A stretch of 64,000 nt of DNA from Psammoneis japonica (Eukaryota): positions 683,998-747,997 of the forward strand of contig QPGO01000015.1 of the NCBI GenBank assembly GCA_008632985.1. The letters run 5' to 3'. The translations under genes and the position numbers were made by a program. The notes beneath the pieces were generated by a model. It was not told the DNA's origin, made no database searches, and worked only from the letters and a program-made list of their open reading frames with translations. Below, piece after piece: positions 48,090 through 58,750 of this stretch (position 1 is the stretch's first letter; each line of letters begins with the position of its first letter).

Positions 48090-49851
48090 ATGTTGACAAC
48101 AGATAAGGACGGGGCTCCTGTTCTTGCGCCCATTGAAGCAATCACGTTGCAGCCCATGACGCCGTCGCAGTCCCTCTTAAACGAATTATGGATATCTACA
48201 GAACTGGTGTTTCAGGGGAAATTAATGTGGCTTCTGGTTTTAGGACCGGTGGCTTTGTTGGGTGACGCTACGGGGTACCTGCCAGAAGCGGCATGTTTTG
48301 CGTGTTCAGGGATTGCGTTGATTCCGTGCGCTGAACGATTATCCTTTGTGACTGAGCAGGTTGCATCACATACCAATGGTACCATTGGAGCTCTCTTGAA
48401 CGCTACCTTTGGAAACGCTCCCGAATTGTTAATTTCGACGGCTGCGCTTCGTGCTGGGTTTTATCGTGTTGTACAACTAGCCATGCTCGGATCCATGTTG
48501 ACCAATATGCTTTTTGTCTTTGGAGCGGGGTGCTTGGTGGGAGGTCTTCGTTGGCAGGTACAGGAGCTGCGCATCACGAGTGGAAACGTATCGGTTCTTA
48601 TGTTACTTGCGGCTACTGCAGGTTCGTTGCTTCCTGCGGCGCTCAGCTACAGCGGAGAAATGAGACACGAGCATGCGGATGATTCAACAGACACCTCGGA
48701 TGCAAACACGTATGATGTCCCTACCCGTGACGAGTTAAGATTTTGTCGCGCAAACGCCGCAATCATGATGATTTTGTACTTGTGCTATCTTGTGTTTCAG
48801 CTTGGCACGCACAAGGAGGAGTTCGATGAAGGAGAGAACGTTGTCGAAGCAAATGGACAGTTGCTTCTACTGTCACCGCACTTTACATCTCGAAATGGAA
48901 GAACGGCACGACGGAACAAATTTTGTCTTCCTTACTTCTGTTGGAAATCCGAGGACAGCACCAACATGGAATACAAGCAACTGCGAAAGTCTTCGGAATA
49001 CAATATGAATATCGACATTGAGCTGACCAATGGTTTCGATCAGTCGAGTTCCAACAGTTCCATCGATGACCTGGACTCAAAAGTAACATCCTTTTCCCAA
49101 CCAGATGATGTAGGTTCGTCATCGTTTCGTAAGTTGGATTCACAGACGTCGGCTGATAACATCAAACACCGTCGAAATCCTGAGGAGCCCATTTTGCCGC
49201 AACGCTCCAATGCAGCTGCTGCTCGAATCAAGTCTCACGATGGTGCGTACAGCTCAACTTTTGTGGTCTTGGTTCATTATTTTTTGAAACGCTTACAGAT
49301 TATTTTCGACCGTGTCTTGAATAGTAGAATCGCACACCATGTCACTACGATCGGGCGTGCTTTGGCTATTGATTGTCACGTTATGCATCTCTGCCATGAG
49401 TGATATTTTGGTGGAAACCATCGAAGGCTTTGCTTACACATTTAGAATCAGTGAAGTTTTCACGTCCATGGTGATTATCCCATTTTTCTCGAACATTGCC
49501 GAACAAGTCAGCGCCATCATTTTCGCCTACCACAACAAGATGGACTTGTGCGTAGGAGTTACAGTTGGCAGCGCCATTCAAATAGCCATGTTTGTCCTTC
49601 CTGGATGTGTCTTGATTGGTTTGGTGGTCGATCGATCCATGACTTTGTACTTCAAAGGATTCGAAACATGTTGTTTGTTCTTTGGTGTTATTTGCGTAGC
49701 AGCGGTTCTGCAAGGCGGTACCACCAATTGGCTGGTCGGAACGACATTGATTGGCATATACTTTATGGTTGCTACTGGTATTTGGTTCCACGAACTGGAG
49801 GATTTGTCGACGGACGCAGAGTTGGCGATTCAAAACAAGACGCTGACGTGA
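48090..49851 (+). CDS. Ca2+/H+ exchanger (CAX family); intron near 49242-49325
   Basis: Alpha-1 repeat GALLNATFGNAPEL...LGSML.NML and alpha-2 repeat IIPFFSNIAEQ...KMDL..GV.VGSAIQIA.FV.P. Confidence 0.92.
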
Positions 49852-50158
49852 CGTTGTTGGCCTATGGGTGTGGCATTTTTTTGTGTTCGAGAATCGGAAG
49901 GGAAACTGGAATTCCATACGTTTGATTGGAACGGCTTACGAAATGACGCGCGACATTTTGCAGTTGCTTTGAACAAAGGATTCAATCACGGATACAGCGA
50001 TGACGACTCCATCTGGCTGTGTCCGTCAAATCGCATCGTGGGTTGACCGTAGATGAGGGTGACCATCCTTGGATTGAGGTAGCAAACACTCACAATTTAA
50101 ACTACATAGAGAAATGTAGATAACGTGAAATACCTTAAATGTCCTAACAACTTCTATT

Positions 50159-51413
50159 TTATGTAGTGCTCTCATTGTCTTCTGAAGGCTTTTGCAGGGA
50201 CACCCCTACGCGATAGCGTTGCTTTGCTCCACGGTATTCTCTTTTGTATTGAATTTCCTCTCGTGATTGACAAAAGTTTGCATATCGGGCTGCGCAGAAG
50301 AAAAAGTCTGATAAGCGGTTCAAGTATCGCACTGTATTTGGATCACAAACGTCTTCCCCGAGCAACACGACACGCCTTTCAGCCCTACGACAGACAGTTC
50401 GAGCAACGTGCAATTGCGCAGCAGCCTTGGAACCAGTCGGAAGAATAAAGGATGTCAGCTCTGGAAGCTGCTCTGTCATGTTGTCTATCCAATCTTCCAA
50501 AATGTCAACGTGGGCTGCATGAAACCCGCCTCCGACTCCGTCTGCAATAAACTCTCTAGATGTTTCATCATCGTCACCATCAACAGTTCGCTTCTGTGGT
50601 TTTGCAACGTGGCTACCAATGTCAAAGAGACGACTCATGATATCTAGTATCCATTCTTCCAGCTCCCCATAATCGTGATTCGAATCCGTAAGTTCAGCAT
50701 GTGCCACCCCGACAACAGAGCACAATTCATCAACAGTACCCATCGCTTCAAACGCATCATCCGTTTTCGACCGTCTTTCCCCCGTCAACAACTGTGAAGT
50801 ACCTTTATCACCACCGCGTGTATACGGTACGTTTTTTAGACGTAAGCCGACCACCCTTTCTACCCCCTTTTCCAGGAGTGTTGTCGTGCGACATTTTCTC
50901 GAACGAATCACCCGTGCTTGCCGTGGAATTCGTGTTCGTGTCTACTATTTGCTGGATAAGCAACTGGGCCGCTTGAGTGTCACCACTTGCAAGCTTTGCT
51001 TCTCTGAACTCGCTTGTATTCCGTACATTCGACCATCCGTAGGGACAATGGCGACACTGGTTGCCACAGCACGTGGTTCTTTTCAAGTGTGCAAGTTCTG
51101 TAAACACGTTGAAGCCGGTGGCAGGGTCCTTGTACGTCATCGACCCTTTGGAGAGAGCATCTTGATGCAGCTCTTCAATATCCACAAGTGGCGGAACCGA
51201 TGCATCCCTCTTCTTGGATGCGTTGCAAGGAGGCTCGACATTCTTGGATGCGTTGCAAGGAGGCTCGACAAACCATGACTGCTCCGCGGTACTTTCTGTC
51301 ATTCTTTGTTGAACAAACGCGGATGAAAAAGGTATCACTGATGAAGAAGCGAAAGGAGCCTTGGATGGATAAACCAACCGTTTGGCGAAAACGATGACTG
51401 AAGAGTGCAACAC
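50159..51413 (-). CDS. PduO/MMAB-type cob(I)alamin adenosyltransferase with an N-terminal Cys-rich DUF5522-like domain; one frameshift in an A6 run at ~50835; start uncertain
   Basis: [51 protein letters not shown] and [10 protein letters not shown]. Upstream is Y.DPATGF.VFT...H..R..CCGN.CRHCPYG. Removing one A joins the two ORFs ([12 protein letters not shown]). Confidence 0.88.
51211..51270. repeat. Perfect 30-bp tandem duplication within coding sequence (VEPPCNASK x2)
   Basis: ttcttggatgcgttgcaaggaggctcgaca appears twice back to back. Confidence 0.95.
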
Positions 51414-51681
51414 GGTGGTGGAAATCTCTTGAAGAAGTTAATCGACAATTCTCTTCTTTTATTCTTTCCTTTGATGGTTGGGTTATCGTGTTCTTTTTTT
51501 GTTTTTGCTTCCTCTTTTTGGTTGGCGACGCGAAAAATGCGCGCGAAAAAGCTCACGTGCTTTGCAATACCAACAAAGCGCGTATAGATCGTAGTATGTA
51601 GAATTTGTATTGACTCTACGCCTAGCATGTAAAGCAGTGGTATAGACGCAACCTGTTTCGCGCTGCGCGGCTGAATTGCTG

Positions 51682-52048
51682 TGCACTATGCTCGAAGAAC
51701 GAGTGTAAACGAAAGTAGAATAGTGTACGAAAAGTGGAAATTATAAGATTAAATTTTGCTCTGTGATTTTTGGTTTCTCCGAACGAGTTCTCAATGGCCT
51801 AAAGCTTCTGTGCTGCTTCTACAGACAAAAGGCCTTTCGGAGAATACATTCGTGACAACAGATTGTCCGGACACGATTGCTGTTGACACGCAAGATGTCA
51901 ACATCGTCAATCGATCGTATTTGCAATTCTCGACATCCGATCAACTCTGTGTGATCGTTCTGTCCTTTGCACGCATCCACGACTGTGGTGCGATTGACAC
52001 ATGAATGGTGTGCAATCACAAACATGTGTGTGACAGTCGCACACTGCA
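51682..52048 (-). repeat. 3' LTR
   Basis: Ungapped match to 56040-56406; adjacent to the PPT. Confidence 0.93.
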
Positions 52049-55000
52049 TTCGCCTCCCCAATTGCACATTAGAGTCATTTGTAAGTGGATCATTCGACGG
52101 ACATCGACAGTGTCAACAATGTCTCCACTTTCACTGCATTGTGCCATTGGCAATGACTGTTGTTGTTTTGTACAGGCAACACAGGGCCGTTCCAATTTCC
52201 GAATGTCTTTTGAGAGTGACATTGTTTGTTTCTCACTTAACATGTGCACACATGGAATTACGTCGAGCATTCTCATTGACGTTCTTGTTGACATGAACAC
52301 AAGGACTAATTGTCCTGGAGTGAGTGTTTTTCCTGATGTCGATTGCACATGGCATCGTGCCCAGTGCTTAATGTGTGCTCTTAATTGTGGCGTTCACTTG
52401 CTTGCTTGTGGATTTCATGCAGTTTGGCGGGCTTGCTTTACACGCCACATTGCTCTGCTGCACTGCCACGTTTCACAAGCAACAACAAACGATGGTCAAA
52501 GATGTTGTGACCATTTCGTCTTGATGATCAATCCTGTGATTGTTATGAATTCCATTGTGGATTTTTTTTTGCACTTCAACCATCCATCAGTTGGATTTTA
52601 ATCGTCATTTGGACGTTTCTTTCTGACATGCCGGTGTCATTTTGTCATTCCGAAGGCACTGGTTTCGTGCACTAAGTGGATGAATGTCCATTTTTCTTTT
52701 CTTTTTCTAGATCTTTGGCACATCTCGTGTGTCGACATGATGCACATTTTAATGTCTTGCCTCGTACATTGTACAATACAACCGTACGGGTGTTGTGAGA
52801 TTGTCTTTTGCCAGTGTGAAGTGGATGCGTATAATGTATGCCAATCTGTCACTGTTTTTTCCTAAATCGTCCTTTAAAAAGGCGATTTTATCCTTGTGAC
52901 ATGAGCATTTTTCGATCTCGCTCGCCTCCACGAAAAGTGTTCGTATGATATGTCGCGTCCGACAATTTGGAGGGAATGTCTTTATCCCGTTTTAACGGTA
53001 GGACATTGTCGTAGGATTCAATTTTCTATAGTAAGTCGGCTGATCGCGTCTATCGCGACGATGTTCGCCTTGCCCTCGTTGTATTCTAATTCGGGACTGA
53101 AGTTGTCAACGTATGACTTTGTCCGTTGTGTCTTATGATCCGTGTATGTATAAATCTGTTGGCCAAACAGTATATTTCGGAATTTTATAAGTGTTTTCAC
53201 TATGGACAGAAGTTCTTTTTTCCGTTGTAACATGTGTTGTTGAAATCCGTGTATGATAACAATATAGTTTTTGATTTGATACGCTCCACATTTTCGGAGA
53301 CTTTTCGTTCCGTACTTGTACTTTTGCCGTTTGACCTTTGTTGAGGTGAATTTGGCTAGTATTGTACAGGAGATCGTTGAGACTACATGTCTCGATAATA
53401 GTAACGTATGACAACGAGATGTCGTAGTGTTCTTTACGTTTTTCTCGTGTTGCGATTGCTTAAATCGCCTCCATTTTCTTTGTAATCGATTGCATGTCGT
53501 TACGTATGGAAGTCTTGATAGTTTATTTCAAGTTAAATAGTGAAGGACTTTTGTTGTTAACCTTCTAAGCAACTGTTCTAGTCGTTTGAATGCCGCATTA
53601 AGCTGTTACTTGTACAGGTGATATTTTGAAGTTACTTTTGTCAGGCACAAACGATCACATATAGTCGTTCTGACAACTTCAAACCTGTTATGAGTTCACT
53701 CAAGTGTTGTATAAAAATGTCTGGGGCTCTATAGATTCTCATTGGAAGTCCACAGTGCTCATTTTCTCCCCACGGCATGATTTTCGTGTGAGCACGACGT
53801 GTGCTTTTTTTATTTGACATGGTGGCATTCCATGTTTGAATCAAATAGATTACATATATGAAACGTTCTTGCTTCAACAGTATTTCCTGAACATTGGGTA
53901 AAGGACACACCACCTGTATGAACCTTGTGCTGAGCTTCTGAGTGTCGGATGCGGTCGAACTCGACCTGTTTTCTTTAGACAATGAGTCTCAGAGCGACTC
54001 ATTCAGAGCAACTTCATTCTTAAGACTTCAATCTTTCATAATAGGTCAAACTCCTTTTGATTGGACGCCTCCAAAGACTGTGACAGGAGAAGGTTCTCAC
54101 GCGTCGTGGAATCGCGTCAGATTTTCCACGATGAGATCCACTGATGCTTCCCACACATTCGTCTGAGGAACTTTTCAAAACGATTTCAACCTCTTAAGAA
54201 GAAGATTGAGTTGGTTGTGTTCATTTGGGTTAGATGCATCGCCGTAGTTGTCACTTGATTAAGATCGATGGCGTGACAATGTGAGTCGAGGACCATTGGT
54301 TCCGTCATTGACTCTGTTCACGGCGTCACATTTTTCAATGTGATCGGTTTTCAGCTTGAAAACATCGGCATCGAAGAGTGTGTGAACATTCTTCATAAGG
54401 CAATTGCTTCTTCCCATTAGATTTCTTCATTTGCGTAGTCCAGTGTGACTTGTAGGACTGGACATTAAGTCGCGTCCCATGATCACATCATTTGAACCTG
54501 AAGAAAATTTGGTGTTTTCAACACACACTGTTTGCATGTCAGCATGCCTTAAATTTCGCACAGTGAGAACTGAATTCGGTGTTTACTGTCAGTTGTAAAG
54601 AGCTCACCCTTGGTTTCCCAAGTTTTTGGTGGCGGATTCTTGTGTTCTCAACTTTCGCACGAATTTGCGCAAAATTGTGGTTGACGATGTTCCGTTGTCG
54701 ACAGGAACACGCAGATGCTTTTTTTCTCTCCTTTCCCAAGGAAGTGTTCATATAAATGATGACTCCTGGACCAGTGTGAATTATTTCTGCCTTTTTTCTA
54801 GGCTTCCTAACATCCAGCAAAGCATGTGATTCGTGAATGGACCAAAATTGTTCTTCGGATTCAGTCTGGATCATCCGATCAAATTGGTGTTTTTCTTCAC
54901 TGAGGGCACCAGAATCTGATTCTTTGCCCTTGTGCTCTTTTTCTTTGTTCAAGGAACTCGCTTTGAGCATTTTTTGAACCGCCTGATCAATCATGACGTT

Positions 55001-56039
55001 CATCTCTTTTTTTTTGCGAGCGGCATTTTCGTCATCGCGACGCGACCGCGTGCGATTGCCATTTGAACGGCGCATTTTTGGGTCTCTTTCAGAGTCACCC
55101 TTGCACTCTTTTGCTAGTTCATTTTTAGAATGGCTTCAATCCGTGATGCAGGTATTCTTTTTTCAAAGACAAGACCTTGCATTCACTTTGGATTGTTCTG
55201 GTACCATGCAGGAGACCATTTTTGGAACCAAATTTGGAACCTTTTTTATTTTGGAACCAACTGCGCCATCAGAGCCTGAGTTGACATGTTTTTTCGTCAC
55301 GGACGTCATGAACGACCTTTAGATGACTCAAAACTTAATCAGCTCATCAAGGATGAGTTGCAATGGTTGATTGTTTTGGACAGTAGACTGATGCTGCCAT
55401 CCTTGCGGTGCGAGTGACAGCTGATAAATCAGCGCTCGGTTTCCCGCTAGATTCGACTTAGAATCCATCTGAGGGTCGCACAGACTCTCATCATTGACCT
55501 CTTGGGTCTAACAGAGGCTTTCTTGCTGTCAAGCAGCTCTGGTTTCTTCAGATCGTCTTGAAAATGACAATTCTGATTCTGAAGTGCAATTCTTGGAAAG
55601 ACATGAGACATGAGACTCTTGAGGTACTTTCCAACGGTTCCATCTTGCTCTTGGACTCAAGGCTCGTTGATTCGGTCTCCAAAAACTCTCCAACAGTCTC
55701 TCCTTGCATGCCAGACGCATTTCTCGGACCTGATCGACTCGGAACTTGCATTCTCTGCAACCATGACTTGGTGTAGATTTTTTTGATAATGCGGTGTACT
55801 TGAGAGCCCTTGATCCTTGGGTGCTTGGAACAGACCGCATTAAAGCGAATCCTCTTGTCTGGCAGACGAAAAACAGCGTCCCATCTTGAGGTGCTGCTCG
55901 GCTTGAGCTTCTTCCGCTCGGAAATCGATTCCAGCAGAACTGGTGCGATTCGTTCCTGTTTGTAGAAGAATTTGCAAAGGCACATTAGTTAAAATTTTCA
56001 TTTTCCGTGCTTTTTACCTTCTGTGGTGTGTATGCACAA

Positions 56040-56406
56040 TGCACTGTGCTCGAAGAACGAGTGCAAACGAAAGTAGAACAGTGTGCGAAAAGTGGAAATC
56101 ACAAGATTAAATTTTGCTCTGTGATTTTTGGTTTCTCCGAACGAGTTCTCAATGGCCCAAAGCTTCTGTACTGCTTCTACAGACAAAAGGCCTTTCGGAG
56201 AATATATTCGTGACAACAGATTGTCCGGATACGATTGCTGTTGACACGTAAGATGTCAACATCGTCAATCGATCGTATTTGCAATTCTCGACATCCGATC
56301 AACTCTGTGTGATCGTTCTGTCCTTTGTGCGCATCCACGACTGTGGTGCGATTGACATGTAAATAACATGTAATCACAAATGTGTGCACAACAGTCGCAT
56401 GCTGCA
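56040..56406 (-). repeat. 5' LTR
   Basis: Ungapped match to 51682-52048; upstream of the gag-like region on the minus strand. Confidence 0.93.
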
Positions 56407-56767
56407 GCTGTGACACCTTCGAACCTCCACAGCCAGAATTTTTTTACCACGACATAACCACGGCCGCTAGCGACATCCTCTTTTGATGTTGCCACTGTTC
56501 AACAAGAAGCTTGCTCTCGCCGACACCACTTGCGCTCTCAACAATGGAAACTAAGAGATTTTTGTCGGGTGAGTCACATCCTTTATCGTGCACTTTCCAC
56601 GGGCTCAGGAAGTGTCGGCACCAACCCATTTTTTTCTCTTCAGCTCTCATTGCGGCTCGACCCATCCCAACCTACCCGAAGACGTGTGTCTCCGTTACCG
56701 TCAACAGGAGCCCGTCACCACTGGCGCCTCCATCAGTTCTGGGCTTGCCATGCCCACTGTAGCGACC

Positions 56768-57510
56768 ATGACCATCGACAACCCACATCTTGACATTGTG
56801 CACCGGCCCGAGTTTGACATGATCGACGACAAACCCAAGAACAATTTGTCGCAACTTAGAGGAGAAACGGCTGCAATTGACGTGTCCATTCCTCTTTACA
56901 AGATCCTCCTCGACCCAACAGCGGCAAGGCAAGTGCATGCCTCACCAAAGAAGACACCTGTTGGTCAAGCAGCAAAACTTTTGGTGCAGCGTCACAACAG
57001 ACTTTACAAACAAAACGGCATTGAAGCCGTGCACGTTTTTGACGGCGCTCACAACCCGCTCAAATGGCGAACTGATGCAAAGCGTAGAGCCAGAAAAAGA
57101 CCTGTTGAAGACAGGACATTGTTTCTTCTTCAGTGGAACCGGCCAGAACAAGATAGACTCGAGGTGCTGAACAGGTGGAAAAGCATTGTTTGTCCAAGAG
57201 GTGACATCATGCTCCTGATCAAGAAAGCATTCGACCGAGAAAGAATCCCGTGTGTTCAAGCTGCCATTGAAGCTGAAGCGCAGTGCGTGGAGATGCAAAA
57301 TTCGGGGGTTGTCACACACATAGAATCTGAGGATGGTGACGTGCATGGGCACAACGGTGAGAAATGGATCACCAACTTAAACCCCCACAATGGCGACTGC
57401 TGCATGTTGGTGGCGGCTGATGTCGATGCTCATGAGATGCTGGAGGTGGCCGTTGGAAGGATTTCAAGTGTGCCACTCCTGCTTTTTGTGGTTGTGACTA
57501 CAATGTCAAG
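56768..57510 (+). pseudogene. Transposon-borne Exo1/FEN1/XPG-family 5' nuclease, truncated
   Basis: XPG-N motifs (LSQLRGETAAIDVS, GIEAVHVFDG...PLK..T..KRR) and XPG-I motifs (IPCVQAAIEAEAQC, IESEDGD), with FCGCDY in a shifted frame at ~57484-57501. Confidence 0.8.
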
Positions 57511-58750
57511 CCAGACAGTTTGCCTTTTTCAGAGACGATGGAAGGATGCGCAAATGCGACTGACAAGAAAAAGTTTCTCGCGGACATTGAAACAGGTGAT
57601 TGTCCATGAAGTCCAAATCGAGCATGGACATGCAAAGCCCCACTTTTCCAAGACGAGGCATCCACATCTGTGCTGTCCGTGGAAGCCAGCTGTTGCCTTC
57701 ACGATGCCATGTCGACCCCAAAGTTGCCACCCGACAATCCCGGTGCATTGTCATTGCACATGTCAGCACCTCTTCGACCGCCGTGAATCGCTCCTTTCCC
57801 ATGCCGTGTCTTTCCTCTGCATCAGGAAACCAAACCTTGGTGACACAGCAGATGGTTTCCTTGAATGTGCCTGGTCCCCAAAGATGCTTCGCCATTCTGT
57901 CATGATCCTCACGCCACTTGCCGCTCGTCAGATTCTCCCTGCTCAGTCCACCCATCGCTTCAATCTCATCCTCCCGCTCCAAGCACACTTTCAACTTTTG
58001 AGCCTTGTCTGCCAGCTCTGACGATGCTTTGTCGGCTCTTTTCAATGCAATTTGAAGCAACTCATTCACACGCTCAAGCTCCACTCGCAACCTGACATTC
58101 TCCTTTCCCGCTCCGTCTGGATCAAATGCGGCGTTCCTCTGTGCTGCTGCAACTTTTCGGACTGTTGGCGGTGGACGAGGCAAGTCTCTTGCATGGTCTT
58201 CCTCATCAAGATAAACTCCAATGGGGTCCAATGATGCGCGGGCTGACTTAGCATCTCGCTGACAATCTTTCTTGGTGCAGTTCGGCGCCGGGCAGTGTGA
58301 CATTTTTCCGTTGCTCCGATCTCTTGCGTCACTTTTGTGAAAGCACAGCAATTCTCACGTCTCACAGTCCACATTTTCCAAAGGACCTTTGTTGTCCTCT
58401 TTTAAAACAGCAGGATGGAAATGATTGAATCCGATGTGTTCATAATTGCCAGCAGGTTCCGGTGGCACACAAGAGTTCCCAACAAGATGCCGATGCGCCA
58501 CGACTCTCATGTTGTTGTCACTTGCATTGCCGCTTCCATGTGGCCTTCTTTTGCTGGCGCAGGGAAGGTGGCAGCAACCACACCTTTTTTTGTCACCAGC
58601 ATCAATGAAGTCCTTTGTGCTCTGCTTGCACTCTTCCTTGTCACGGCAGATGCAAGGGCAGAGGGTAGAGTCGCACACCTTTGTGATGGTTTCTCTGGGG
58701 ATCTCGCTTGCGTTTGGGAGACGCCGCCGCAGATGATTCTTCTGTCATTG
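57506..58750 (-). pseudogene. N-terminal part of an ISL2EU/Harbinger-like transposase (Cys/His zinc-binding region, coiled coil, HTH); catalytic core absent
   Basis: Starts just inside the right TIR. Cys-rich segment ending HFH (THAP-like), coiled coil, then FTAVEEVLTCAMTMHRD...LG..W...W.PRL resembling the HTH that precedes DDE_Tnp_4 domains. Frameshifted. Confidence 0.55.

Larger units (their letters stand above)
51682..56406 (-). mobile_element. Degenerate Ty3/Gypsy LTR retrotransposon
   Basis: 367-bp direct repeats with TG...CA ends and a 4-bp TSD GCTG. A polypurine tract (ggggaggcgaa on -) lies next to the left LTR. Minus-strand remnants are in Gypsy order: gag-like (55-56 kb), protease (VPVDNGTSSTT ~54690), RT (PWGENEHCGLPM..APDIF), RNase H (KELLSIVKTL.KFRNIL.GQQI..YTDHK) and integrase pieces (NPQA, TPGQLV, KLERP). 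Confidence 0.92.

Noticed and set aside
56000..56039. tRNA primer-binding site next to the 5' LTR
   Set aside because: No TGG-starting tRNA-complementary sequence is recognisable; it may be mutated or non-canonical.
51682..56406. RNA-level A-to-I editing before reverse transcription as the source of A->G changes
   Set aside because: Changes occur on both strands, differ between the two LTRs, and also affect a DNA transposon and a genomic duplication.
57510..58021. C-terminal half of the 477-aa ORF 56588..58021 as real protein
   Set aside because: It is the antisense read-through of the transposase remnant past the deletion junction, open only because stops are scarce.
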